IMG/VR virus record: IMGVR_UViG_3300044632_000653
DNA length: 64,000 nucleotides
Reading direction: 5' to 3' (one strand)
Source of the DNA: a virus
The translations under genes were made by a program, and so were the position numbers. Position 1 is the first letter of the stretch; the number at the start of each line of letters is the position of its first letter. The notes under the pieces were generated by a model. It had not been told where the DNA came from and made no database searches. It saw only the letters and a list, made by a program, of their open reading frames with translations. This document shows, in pieces, positions 36,072 through 45,773 of the stretch.

Positions 36072-37106
36072 ATGAACTTTCTGAAGTCTCTCGTCAAGAG
36101 CAGCGGCAACGAGTACGCAGCCATCGCCAACGAAGGTCTTGAGTCCGATGTGTCGGGCTTCATCGACACGGGTTCCTACGCATTCAACGCACTCGTCTCG
36201 GGAAGCCTCAAGGGAGGCATCCCGAACAACAAGATCCTCGGCATCGCAGGTGAGTCCGCAACGGGCAAGACCTACTTCGCCCTCGGAGTCGCAGCGCAGT
36301 TCCTCAACGACAATCCCGAGGGCGTGATCCTCTACTTCGACAGCGAACAGGCTGTGACGAGCGAGATGATCATCAGCCGTGGGCTCGACAAGAACCGTGT
36401 GGCTGTGTTTCCCATCGCCACGGTCGAGCAGTTCCGCCATCAGGTCCTTCAGATCCTCGACAACTACGGCAAGTTGGAGAAGTCGGAGCAGAGGGCGACC
36501 ATGATCGTCCTCGACTCGCTCGGCATGTTGTCCACCTCAAAGGAGATGAACGACTCGGCGGAAGGCAAGGAGGTCCGTGACATGACCCGCAGTCAGGTCA
36601 TCAAGTCCGTGTTCCGCACGGTGACCCTCAAGTTGGGCAAGTACAACATTCCCTTGATCGTGACGAACCACACCTACGATGTCGTGGGTGCCTATGTCCC
36701 CACCAAGGAAATGGGCGGCGGAAGCGGTCTCAAGTACGCAGCCACCACCATCGTCTACCTGTCGAAGAAGAAGCACAAGGTCGATGACGAGGTGGTCGGC
36801 AACATCATCCATTGCAAGACGCAGAAGAGCCGCCTGACGAAGGAGAACCGCTCCATCGATGTCCTGCTGAACTACGACAGCGGTCTCGACCGCTACTACG
36901 GACTGATCAATCTCGGAATCGATCACGGCATCCTCAAGAAGGTGTCGAACAAGATTCAGTTCCCTGACGGCAGGTCAGACTTTGAGTCGAGGATCAACAA
37001 GGATCCGCAGAAGTGGTTCACCGACGATGTCATCAAGGCGTTGGACGAAGCCGCTGCCAAGGAGTTCAAGTACGGTCAACAGGAAGCGGGGGATGATGTC
37101 GAATAA
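36072..37106 (+). CDS. uvsX: RecA-like recombinase
   Basis: GESATGKT, DSLGML, DMTR, MGGGSGLKYAA. Confidence 0.95.
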   Translation: MNFLKSLVKSSGNEYAAIANEGLESDVSGFIDTGSYAFNALVSGSLKGGIPNNKILGIAGESATGKTYFALGVAAQFLNDNPEGVILYFDSEQAVTSEMIISRGLDKNRVAVFPIATVEQFRHQVLQILDNYGKLEKSEQRATMIVLDSLGMLSTSKEMNDSAEGKEVRDMTRSQVIKSVFRTVTLKLGKYNIPLIVTNHTYDVVGAYVPTKEMGGGSGLKYAATTIVYLSKKKHKVDDEVVGNIIHCKTQKSRLTKENRSIDVLLNYDSGLDRYYGLINLGIDHGILKKVSNKIQFPDGRSDFESRINKDPQKWFTDDVIKALDEAAAKEFKYGQQEAGDDVE

Positions 37107-37629
37107 GAAACAGGACAAGACCTTTCTCATAGACGGGTTCGATGGTGCCTTCGTGGGAGGACTCCGCAAGTTCGGTCAGACATTGCCCATCGCAGTCTAC
37201 GACTACGACAAGGTGATGGAGATCGTGATGTCGAGTGGAATCTCCGACGAGGACGATGCCGCAGAATACATTGAGTTCAACATCCTCGGTGGGTATCTCG
37301 GCGAAGGCACCCCCTGCATGATCTTCCCTTGCTCCCTGCGTGAGTTTACGGAGGAGTGTGGTGATGACCTCGACCCGTCCGTGATGGAGCGTGACTTCGG
37401 CGACGAGGATCCGAACGCATACCCCGACGAAGACAACATGACGGAGAGGGAGCGCATGTTGTACCGTCAGGCGATCAGCGACTTCTGCCTGAACTTCATC
37501 CGCTATGTAAAGGAAACGAACCCCAAGGTGTACTCCCTCGCCAAGGACTACGCCAAGGACTACTCGGGCAACTCCGTGGTCGAGTTCGTTGACATCGAAG
37601 AAGAAGAGGATGGGAAGAAGCAGCCATGA
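37093..37629 (+). CDS. Conserved phage hypothetical protein
   Basis: DGFD.AF.G..AVYDY.K..EY.EFNI.G.Y.GE.TP. Confidence 0.7.
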   Translation: MMSNKKQDKTFLIDGFDGAFVGGLRKFGQTLPIAVYDYDKVMEIVMSSGISDEDDAAEYIEFNILGGYLGEGTPCMIFPCSLREFTEECGDDLDPSVMERDFGDEDPNAYPDEDNMTERERMLYRQAISDFCLNFIRYVKETNPKVYSLAKDYAKDYSGNSVVEFVDIEEEEDGKKQP

Positions 37630-38417
37630 GGATGGTCATCAAGTTCCCTACGAGGGGGCGACCCGAAAAGTTCATCTCTGTACTGAACAGGTACATCAAC
37701 TTCCTTTCGGGCATGCACGAAGTCAAGTTCGTCATCTCGTTCGATCACGACGATCCGACGATGAACAACGACAACATGTGGTCCGTCTTCAACCGACTGA
37801 ACGCTCAGTTGGAAGGCAAGATCCTCCCTGTGTGCGGGAAGTCCACGGGCAAGATCTCCGCTATCAACGCCGACCTAGACAGGGTCGTGTCCTTCAGACC
37901 CGATGTGATCCTTCTCGCATCGGATGACATGATCCCCGTCCACGGCGGCTACGACGATGTCATCGCCAAGGCTATGGCGAAGTTCTTCCCCGACACGGAC
38001 GGGGTCCTCCACTTCAACGACGGATTCTCGGGGCAGAACAGGCTGATCACCCTGTCGATCCTCGGTCGCAAGTACCTCGACAGGTTCGGGTACCTCTACT
38101 ACCCAGGCTACAAGTCGGTGTTCTGCGACAACGAGTTCACCGATGTTGCGAGGATGCTCGGCAAGGTCGTGTACATCGACCATGTCATCATCCAACACCA
38201 ATGGGTCGGTGCGGTCAATCCCAACGATGCCCTCCACCGCCGCAACGAGTCGGTGGAGATGTACGAGCATGATAAGGCGGTCTATCTCGACCGAGCCTAC
38301 AACAATTTTCATCTGAAGCCTGAGGAGATCGTGAATGCCTTGGTCATATCGCCACAAGTTGTCGATTCTCATCCCGACCCTAATCGAACGGAAGGACTCC
38401 CTTCAGTCGCTCCGTGA
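37626..38417 (+). CDS. GT-A (GT2-like) glycosyltransferase
   Basis: KFPTRGRP, SDDM DxD-like motif, DNE. Confidence 0.8.
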   Translation: MRMVIKFPTRGRPEKFISVLNRYINFLSGMHEVKFVISFDHDDPTMNNDNMWSVFNRLNAQLEGKILPVCGKSTGKISAINADLDRVVSFRPDVILLASDDMIPVHGGYDDVIAKAMAKFFPDTDGVLHFNDGFSGQNRLITLSILGRKYLDRFGYLYYPGYKSVFCDNEFTDVARMLGKVVYIDHVIIQHQWVGAVNPNDALHRRNESVEMYEHDKAVYLDRAYNNFHLKPEEIVNALVISPQVVDSHPDPNRTEGLPSVAP

Positions 38418-38931
38418 GGAACTCGACCGTCAGGTCGGGAAGCGCAATGTCGAGGTCCTCCATTGCGCCGACAATCGACAGATGACCATCGGTCAGAAGA
38501 GAACCATGCTCCTCACGCAGTCCTCGGGGGAGTATGTCGCCTTCATCGATGACGATGACCTGCCGAGCCAAGACTACATCGACAAGGTTCTGAACGCCCT
38601 GTCCAAGAACCCCGACTGCTCGTCCCTCACGGGAGAGATCGTGTTCTCTGACGGGTACAGCCGTCCGTTCATCCATTCCCTCCGCTACGACAGGTGGATC
38701 GATGACCATGAGGGCAGGGTCTACTACCGACCCCCGAACCACCTCAACGCCGTGCGGAGGTCCATCGCCGTGCAGGTGGGGTTCCCGCCGTGGAACAGCG
38801 GCGAGGACAGGTCGTTCAGCATGGGGATCCGCCACCACCTCAAGACCGAGGAATGGATCGACGGAGTGATCTACAACTACAAGTGTCGCAAGACTTTTGA
38901 AGAGACCCACAACCATCAGGTGACACGATGA
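38335..38931 (+). CDS. GT2 glycosyltransferase
   Basis: LSILIPT, GEYVAFIDDDD, GED. Confidence 0.85.
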   Translation: MPWSYRHKLSILIPTLIERKDSLQSLREELDRQVGKRNVEVLHCADNRQMTIGQKRTMLLTQSSGEYVAFIDDDDLPSQDYIDKVLNALSKNPDCSSLTGEIVFSDGYSRPFIHSLRYDRWIDDHEGRVYYRPPNHLNAVRRSIAVQVGFPPWNSGEDRSFSMGIRHHLKTEEWIDGVIYNYKCRKTFEETHNHQVTR

Positions 38932-39572
38932 ATGTGGTGTCCTTCAGTCTTTGGGGCGACAAACCCAAGTACACCATCGGTGCGATCCGCAACGCCGAAC
39001 TTGCCTCCTCTTGGTATAGGGGCTGGACCTGCCGTTTCTATTGCGACGAGGAGACGGTGCCCGAGAAGATCCTCGACACCCTCGACAGCATGCCCAACTG
39101 TGAAGTGGTGAGGATGGGTGTGTCGGTCGAGCCGCATTGGTCGATGTTCTGGAGGTTCTACGCAGCCGAGGATCCCTCCATCGACTGCGTCGTGTTCCGT
39201 GACACCGATTCCAGGATCGGACAGCGTGAAGTGATGGCTGTGCAGGAATGGATCTCCTCGGGCAAGGGATTCCATGCGATGCGAGACCATCCTCAGCACG
39301 GAACTCCCTTGTGCGGCGGAATGTGGGGTGTCCGTGGCGGGAAACTCAAGGAGATCCGATCCATGATTTCCAACTACTACGCCAAGGGACTTACCAAGAC
39401 AGCCCTCTTCGGCATCGACCAAGACTTCCTCACGCACAGCGTGTGGTCCTTGGCTAAGGAGGATGTCGTGCAGCATGACGAGTTCTTCGCCAAGGTTCCT
39501 TTCCCGCTCCCCCGTGATTCCAAGCACTTCGTCGGACAGGTGTACGACGAGAACGACAATCCACAGTACTGA
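38928..39572 (+). CDS. Putative glycosyltransferase
   Basis: SFSLWG..Y..GAIRN, MFWRF, RDTDSR, GGMWG, DQDFL. Confidence 0.65.
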   Translation: MNVVSFSLWGDKPKYTIGAIRNAELASSWYRGWTCRFYCDEETVPEKILDTLDSMPNCEVVRMGVSVEPHWSMFWRFYAAEDPSIDCVVFRDTDSRIGQREVMAVQEWISSGKGFHAMRDHPQHGTPLCGGMWGVRGGKLKEIRSMISNYYAKGLTKTALFGIDQDFLTHSVWSLAKEDVVQHDEFFAKVPFPLPRDSKHFVGQVYDENDNPQY

Positions 39573-39574
39573 CC

Positions 39575-40459
39575 ATGAACATCCTCATCATCCAAGAGCG
39601 TGGACACCACGAACAAAACCGTGACTTCAGGGAGTCGTGCTGCCTGAAGAGATCATTCGATTCCATGGGTCATGGCTGCGTCGTGTGGGGAAAGGGTCAC
39701 GAAGGCTTCCCGACCCTCCCCGACTTCGACTCATACGACCTGATCATCAACCTTGAGAACTACGGCGACGAGTGGATGCCCAACCTCTCCTCGACACGGA
39801 AGCCGATCAAGATGGTGTGGTGCATCGATGCCCATGTGCGTGGCACCGCACCATACGAGAGGATCTTCTCCGAGGGCAAATACGACATCCTCGCCCATGC
39901 GACGAGGGATTTCGTGAGGCTCCCTCATCACCGATGGCTCCCCAACTGCACCGACCACAGGATGATCTTCCCGCTACCCGATGTGGCGAAGACTCATGCC
40001 ATGGGCTTCTGCGGCAATCATGTCACCCCCGAGCGCAAAAGGGCTGTGGATACCCTGACGAGCGTGTTCGGTCTGAAGCAGGACATCTTCGTGATCGGCA
40101 ACGACATGGTGCGGACGATCAATTCGTACCGTATCCACTTCAACATGAACATCGCCAACGACATCAACTACAGGTCGTTTGAAACCCTCGCATGTGGAAC
40201 GGTGCTTCTCACAGACAGGAATCCGCAGTACAAGGACCTCGGGTTTGAGGACGGTGTCAACTGCCTCATGTACGACAGGGGCGAGTACTCGGGCGACATC
40301 CGTTCGTTGATATCGAAGGTCACTTCCGCAATGGGCATGCGTCCCGAGACCCTCGCTGCCATTGGAAATGCAGGAAGGGAACTCTTCCTGTCGAAGCACA
40401 CCTATGACCACAGGGCAGAGAAAATTTTGTGGTGGTTGGATATGGGAGGTAGGGTATGA
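39575..40459 (+). CDS. GT-B (CgeB/Glyco_trans_1_2-like) glycosyltransferase
   Basis: NYRSFETLACG.VLLT..HTYDHRA. Confidence 0.8.
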   Translation: MNILIIQERGHHEQNRDFRESCCLKRSFDSMGHGCVVWGKGHEGFPTLPDFDSYDLIINLENYGDEWMPNLSSTRKPIKMVWCIDAHVRGTAPYERIFSEGKYDILAHATRDFVRLPHHRWLPNCTDHRMIFPLPDVAKTHAMGFCGNHVTPERKRAVDTLTSVFGLKQDIFVIGNDMVRTINSYRIHFNMNIANDINYRSFETLACGTVLLTDRNPQYKDLGFEDGVNCLMYDRGEYSGDIRSLISKVTSAMGMRPETLAAIGNAGRELFLSKHTYDHRAEKILWWLDMGGRV

Positions 40460-41157
40460 GTAATTCGACACTCTACATCCATCACCATCTAGGGATGGGT
40501 GATCACATCATTTGCAACGGTCTTGTTCGCAGTTTGGTGGGCAACAAGGCTGACAATGTCACCCTGTTTGTGAGGACGAACAACTTTCCCCGTGTACAGA
40601 GGATGTATGACGATGACCCGAGGATTGACTACGCAATCGTTCCTGCGGAGGGGAACGAGTGTGGTTTCGTTGACGAGTACACCCGTCACCGTCAGGGCAC
40701 CCTTCTCCGTTTGGGGTTCGACCAACTCCACAAGAGTCCCACGCTGAACTTCGATCAGGTCTTCTACATCTACGCTGGTGTACCTTTCAGTAATCGATGG
40801 GACAAGTTCTTCGTCAAGAGGGATCCTGATGGGGAGTCGAAGGCGATTGCAAAGTTGAATCCCACAGGAGAGCCCTACATGTTCGTCCATGACGATTCAT
40901 CCCGAGGGTTTCTGATCAATCCACCGAATCCGAGAGGACTGAAGGTGATCAAGAACGATGTTTCCGTGGGTATATTCGACATGATTGGAGTGCTTGAGGG
41001 TGCGGAGGAAATCCATTGCATGGAGAGTTCGTTCCGATGCCTCATTGAGAGCGTTCCCTCCATTACATGCCCCCTGTTCCTTCACAAGATGGTGAGGTTC
41101 GCCAACCAACCCAATCCCGCCCTGTCATTGGGAAGGAAGAGGTGGGTCGAGGTATGA
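40456..41157 (+). CDS. Putative glycosyltransferase (GT-B-like)
   Basis: HHLGMGDHIICNGLVR..AEEIHCMESSF. Confidence 0.6.
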   Translation: MSNSTLYIHHHLGMGDHIICNGLVRSLVGNKADNVTLFVRTNNFPRVQRMYDDDPRIDYAIVPAEGNECGFVDEYTRHRQGTLLRLGFDQLHKSPTLNFDQVFYIYAGVPFSNRWDKFFVKRDPDGESKAIAKLNPTGEPYMFVHDDSSRGFLINPPNPRGLKVIKNDVSVGIFDMIGVLEGAEEIHCMESSFRCLIESVPSITCPLFLHKMVRFANQPNPALSLGRKRWVEV

Positions 41158-42053
41158 GTCGGTCATACAGCAGGATCCTCTTCTTCAACGACTGCAACAA
41201 CGGCGACAACCACTACAGCCGACAGTTCTTGCGCCACATCTCTTCCTTGGTGGGGGTGGATTGTGCATACTCGCACTTTCGTTGCGACCGAATACTCGCC
41301 GACCTTCCGATGCGTCTCATCAGGGTTGACACCCGACCTCTTCATCAGGAGTCCTTTCATCTCAACGCTGACGGCACTCTCTTTATGAACACATGGGTGG
41401 GTCATCAAAACTTCAAGTGGTTCACCCCGAACGGCTGCACCCTCCACAACAACTACAGGATGTTCTCCGACAACTGCAAGGCGATAGGGGTGACCCTACC
41501 TCCCGAGGTCGAGTGCATCCCCACCATCGACTACGCAAGGTTGGGCATCCTCGGCTCGGTGCAGGTTGACAGGAACATACTCGTATCCAACGGACCCTGC
41601 GCTTCGGGACAGGCTTACAACTTCGACATGAACCCCGTTGTCGAGGCACTTGCGGATAAGCATCCGTCATGTCGTTTCTTCGTCACCGACCCTTTCACCA
41701 CGAACAGGGTCAACATTTTTGATGCGAACAAGACTGTCTCCGCTCCGATGGGGAAGTCCAACTTGGTCGAACTTTCACACTTCTCCCTGTCCTGTCCGAT
41801 CATTGTCGGGAGAGGCAGCGGTCCATTTTGCTTCTCCCATGTGCGTGAGAATCTCATGGATCCCGAGAAGACTTTCATTGTGTTTGGCAACGGTGCCCCT
41901 GAAGGTCATTGGGTGACGATGGCAGACTACAACCTTCCTCAACATGCAAAGCAGTTGTGGGGCGAGTGTCATGTCAACGGCACGGGAGACTGTTTTTCCC
42001 TCGCATTCGACATGATCGACGGAGAGATCAATGCCAAGTTTGGTAGTCGGTAG
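41154..42053 (+). CDS. Putative glycosyltransferase (GT9-like)
   Basis: NGD..SR.F; IIVGRGSGPF. Confidence 0.5.
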   Translation: MSRSYSRILFFNDCNNGDNHYSRQFLRHISSLVGVDCAYSHFRCDRILADLPMRLIRVDTRPLHQESFHLNADGTLFMNTWVGHQNFKWFTPNGCTLHNNYRMFSDNCKAIGVTLPPEVECIPTIDYARLGILGSVQVDRNILVSNGPCASGQAYNFDMNPVVEALADKHPSCRFFVTDPFTTNRVNIFDANKTVSAPMGKSNLVELSHFSLSCPIIVGRGSGPFCFSHVRENLMDPEKTFIVFGNGAPEGHWVTMADYNLPQHAKQLWGECHVNGTGDCFSLAFDMIDGEINAKFGSR

Positions 42054-42867
42054 TACCTCCCAACTCGCACGGTACTTCCCTCGGGATTTCGTCCGCATTT
42101 CCTCTAGGGACATGGACCTCGACTCGCTCTCCGAACAGGAGTGGGACGAAGTCTACATCTGCTTCGCCGAACAGAGGACCTACCTAGCCAACAGCGACTC
42201 CCCTGATGTCGAGCGCATCTTCCACGACACGAATGTCGTGAGGACGATGGAGGTCATTGATGCCCTGCATCCTGTTTGTCGGAGGATCGTGTACTACTCC
42301 ACGGCTGAACTTTGGAATGCAACTTCGGGTCCCGTCGCCCCATCGGACCCATACACATTCCATGAAAACCACTACACGAAATCCAAGAGCAGCGTCTCGC
42401 TCCTGTTGCGTGACAAGGTCAAGTATCCGAAGGTGACGGTAGCCCATCCGTTCAACTTCAACAGCGTTCACCGAGGGGGCGAGTATCTGTTCGGCAAGAT
42501 CTTCCGATCAATAGTGACCGAGTCCCCCGTCGCCATCGGCGATGTCGATTACTACAGGGAGATCCTGCATCCCACCATGGTGGTCAAGGCGACATTGGAC
42601 TCCACGGAGAACGACCCTTTGGGTACGGACATCGTCATCGGCTCGGGCAGACTCGTCCATGTCGGGGACTTCATACGAAAACTCTACCTTCGATTTGGGA
42701 TGGACATGGACAAAATGGCGATCAGGGACCCACAGAATCCTCCCCGACCGTCGATATACCGCAAGTGCCTTTTCTATTCGCACAGGCACGATCCCCGATT
42801 TTCGGAGGAAGCCGTGATCAACCTCCTTACCTACGAACTATCTACTGTGAAGGAATTTTCGACATGA
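42031..42867 (+). CDS. NAD-dependent sugar epimerase/reductase-like SDR
   Basis: YSTAEL, Y..SK, PFNFNS, IG.VDYYR. Confidence 0.65.
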   Translation: MPSLVVGSTSQLARYFPRDFVRISSRDMDLDSLSEQEWDEVYICFAEQRTYLANSDSPDVERIFHDTNVVRTMEVIDALHPVCRRIVYYSTAELWNATSGPVAPSDPYTFHENHYTKSKSSVSLLLRDKVKYPKVTVAHPFNFNSVHRGGEYLFGKIFRSIVTESPVAIGDVDYYREILHPTMVVKATLDSTENDPLGTDIVIGSGRLVHVGDFIRKLYLRFGMDMDKMAIRDPQNPPRPSIYRKCLFYSHRHDPRFSEEAVINLLTYELSTVKEFST

Positions 42868-43220
42868 GCAACGACATCGCCCTGACAATCGAAGATGCCA
42901 TCAGGCATAAGGTCCATGAGACGCTTCGTCTTTCGGGATCCAATCCTCCCGAACTTCCCGACAATCTCGTCGCTACCGACAACCTCGGTGAAGTGATTGA
43001 GAAACTCTGCATCCTCCACATCCGTACATGGTTCCTTGAGGACATGGTAGGTGTCGCAAAGACGGACGAAGAGGTCGCCTCCTTGAAGAGGAAGATCGAC
43101 ATCTGCTTCAAGCAGAAGAGACCGCAGTACATCCAAGCGATCAACCGCATGGTTGACGATGCGGTGATCAACCAAAGGCGCATCACGGAAGACTCCGTGA
43201 AGATCTACAAGGGGAACTGA
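42864..43220 (+). CDS. Small helical protein (DUF4254-like)
   Basis: LGEVIEKL.ILHIR.W.LED..R...IQAIN. Confidence 0.55.
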   Translation: MSNDIALTIEDAIRHKVHETLRLSGSNPPELPDNLVATDNLGEVIEKLCILHIRTWFLEDMVGVAKTDEEVASLKRKIDICFKQKRPQYIQAINRMVDDAVINQRRITEDSVKIYKGN

Positions 43221-44389
43221 TGATTCACCCAATTACCTTGGTGCGTGACACCATCGATCAGGATGACATCGGTTCCTTGATCGAATGGCTCAAAACCAAC
43301 CCACGCCTCACCAAGGGGGTGAAGACGGTTGAGTTTGAACAGGCGTGGAGCGGTTGGCTCGGCTGCAAGTACTCCGTGTTCGTGAACTCGGGCTCATCTG
43401 CGAACCTTGCCATCCTGTACGCCCTCATCATCTCGGGTAGGCTTAGGAACAAGAAGGTGGTGTTCCCCTGCCTCTCTTGGGTCACCACCGTGGCACCTGC
43501 CATCCAACTCGGGCTTGAACCGATCCTTTGCGAGACGGACAGCCGCAACCTCGGGATCGATGTCGCAGAGTTTGAGAAGATCTGCGAGCGGGAGAGTCCC
43601 GCTGCCGTGATGATCGTGCATGCACTTGCCTTCCCCAACGACATGCGGGGCATCAGGGAGGTGTGCGAGAAGTACGGTGTGATCCTGCTTGAGGACTCAT
43701 GCGAGAGCGTGGGTACCTTGGTGGATGGAAAGAAGACAGGCACTTTCGGTCTTGCCTCTTCGTTCAGCACATACTACGGTCACCACTTCTCGACCATCGA
43801 AGGCGGCTTCGTCTGCACCGATGACTACGAGTTCTACAACATCGTCAAGAGCATCCGATCCCATGGATGGTCTAGGGACCTTGACGAGGTGACCCGTAGA
43901 GATCTCCAACTGAAGTACGGGATCGATGACTTCAGGAACCTCTACACCTTCTACCATGCGGGATTCAACCTGCGCTCGACGGACCTACAGGCGTTCATCG
44001 GGATCAGTCAGTTGGAGAAACTCGACCGCTTCTGCGAGATGCGCTACGAGAACCTGCTGACATACGACAGGCTGATCCGAAACCCGTATTGGAAGATCGA
44101 CATCTCGCAGTTCGACTTCGTGTCCAACTTCGCATACCCCGTGATCCATCCCCTGTCTGCGACGATGGTCGAGAAACTGACGGCAGCGCATGTCGAATGC
44201 CGACCGTTGATAGCAGGAAGCATCTCAAGGCAACCGTTCTTCTACGAGAGGTATGGAAAGAAGGCGTATCCGTTCTCGGATCGCATCCACGACCACGGCA
44301 TCTACCTACCGAACAACCCGACGATGACAGAGGACGAAATCAACATGGTGTCCAACATCATCAACGGAGTCACATCACATCCGAGTTGA
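43220..44389 (+). CDS. DegT/DnrJ family PLP enzyme, ColD-type 3-dehydratase
   Basis: VNSGSSAN, EDSCE, STYYGHHFSTIEGG (His in place of the usual Schiff-base Lys). Confidence 0.85.
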   Translation: MIHPITLVRDTIDQDDIGSLIEWLKTNPRLTKGVKTVEFEQAWSGWLGCKYSVFVNSGSSANLAILYALIISGRLRNKKVVFPCLSWVTTVAPAIQLGLEPILCETDSRNLGIDVAEFEKICERESPAAVMIVHALAFPNDMRGIREVCEKYGVILLEDSCESVGTLVDGKKTGTFGLASSFSTYYGHHFSTIEGGFVCTDDYEFYNIVKSIRSHGWSRDLDEVTRRDLQLKYGIDDFRNLYTFYHAGFNLRSTDLQAFIGISQLEKLDRFCEMRYENLLTYDRLIRNPYWKIDISQFDFVSNFAYPVIHPLSATMVEKLTAAHVECRPLIAGSISRQPFFYERYGKKAYPFSDRIHDHGIYLPNNPTMTEDEINMVSNIINGVTSHPS

Positions 44390-44404
44390 AAGAGGAAAAG
44401 CAGC

Positions 44405-45091
44405 ATGTCGCTTATTGACCTGAATCAAAAACCTCTACCTCTGTCGATACACATCCTCACCACATCTCTGAACAGGGATAGGCATCAGTCTATTCTGAAC
44501 ACATGGCTCAAAGATTTCTACGACTATGTGTTCTACACCGATTTCACTTCTGAAATAGGAAATCAAGTAGAACTTACCACGAACACGGAGTACCACTCCA
44601 ATGGGGAAAAGCACATTCTTGAAGTGAATAGAATCGTGAGGGAGAAGATCCACAACGATTACCAATGGTTCTATTTCTGCGATGATGATACGGTCCCCAA
44701 CATATCAAGGATCTTGGACTACTGTCGTACCGCAGACCGAAGTAAGGTTCATGCTTGGACGGACACCTGTTGGGCAGAGGATCCGACTTTACTATCCGTT
44801 TCGGGTGGTGCTGGATATCTCGTTCCTTCTGAAGTATTCCAAGGAAGGACACCCCCAAGGCTGAAACGGATCGTGTGGTCCGATGTTCAATTTGCTCTGT
44901 GGCTGCGAGAGAACGGCATACCGTTGCAACACAATTCCGAGTTCAAGCACAACATCCCATCTCAGTTCGGAATCGACATTTCCACGGTGGAGGGCAGGAA
45001 CTTGGTGAGGGAACACATGTCTTTCCACTATGTCAAGAACCACGAACTGCGATCTGCGATATGGGAAATCTACAACACACCCAAGGAATGA
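44405..45091 (+). CDS. Fringe/GT31-like glycosyltransferase
   Basis: TW, WFYFCDDDT, SGGAGY, SDV, SFHY; AT-richer than flanking genes. Confidence 0.7.
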   Translation: MSLIDLNQKPLPLSIHILTTSLNRDRHQSILNTWLKDFYDYVFYTDFTSEIGNQVELTTNTEYHSNGEKHILEVNRIVREKIHNDYQWFYFCDDDTVPNISRILDYCRTADRSKVHAWTDTCWAEDPTLLSVSGGAGYLVPSEVFQGRTPPRLKRIVWSDVQFALWLRENGIPLQHNSEFKHNIPSQFGIDISTVEGRNLVREHMSFHYVKNHELRSAIWEIYNTPKE

Positions 45092-45110
45092 AGATATGGG
45101 ATTGCAATCC

Positions 45111-45201
45111 ATGAAGACTCTCGTCACAGGCGCAGCAGGATTCAAAGGACGAGATCGGCATGGTTTCAGACATCGTCAACAGCGTCACATTGGAGAAATG
45201 A
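45111..45201 (+). pseudogene. Deletion scar: epimerase N-terminus fused to DegT-like C-terminus
   Basis: MKTLVTGAAGF then, in another frame, KDEIGMVSDIVNSVTLEK*, resembling the end of 43220 (EDEINMVSNIINGVT). Confidence 0.7.
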
Positions 45202-45768
45202 ATGGACCACATTTACACACAGCCGCAGTTTGGAGAGAATTGGTTTACCTATCCGAACCTCTACTCACAATTTGTCCGTGAACTGCCAAGCGGTTCCAAG
45301 ATGGTGGAGGTTGGTTGTTGGAAGGGAAAGAGCATCGCCTACCTCGGGGTCGAGATCATCAACTCAGGGAAGGACATCCATGTCCATGCCATCGACACTT
45401 GGGAGGGATCGCCAAACGAACCTCCACATCAGCAGGATGTCTATGTCCGAACGGGGAAACTCTATCAGTTGTTCCTGTCGAACATCTCCCCCGTCTCTTC
45501 CGTGGTGTTTCCCGTGAAGGTCGCTTCGGTCGAGGGCGCAAAGAGGTATGCCGATGAGTCCTTGGATGTCGTGTTCATCGACGCATGCCACACCTATGAG
45601 TGCGTCAAGGAGGACATTGCAGCATGGCTTCCGAAGGTGAAGAAAGGCGGCTACCTTGCGGGACATGATTACCCTTGGAGCCATGAGGATGCCGTAAAGA
45701 GAGCGGTGGATGAGAGCGTTTCTCCAATCCAAGTCACCGAGGGATGTTGGGTCTATAAGAAAAGGTAA
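45202..45768 (+). CDS. Class I SAM methyltransferase (Methyltransf_24-like)
   Basis: VEVGCWKGKS, IDTW, FIDACHTYE, GHDY. Confidence 0.88.
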   Translation: MDHIYTQPQFGENWFTYPNLYSQFVRELPSGSKMVEVGCWKGKSIAYLGVEIINSGKDIHVHAIDTWEGSPNEPPHQQDVYVRTGKLYQLFLSNISPVSSVVFPVKVASVEGAKRYADESLDVVFIDACHTYECVKEDIAAWLPKVKKGGYLAGHDYPWSHEDAVKRAVDESVSPIQVTEGCWVYKKR

Positions 45769-45773
45769 TCAAG

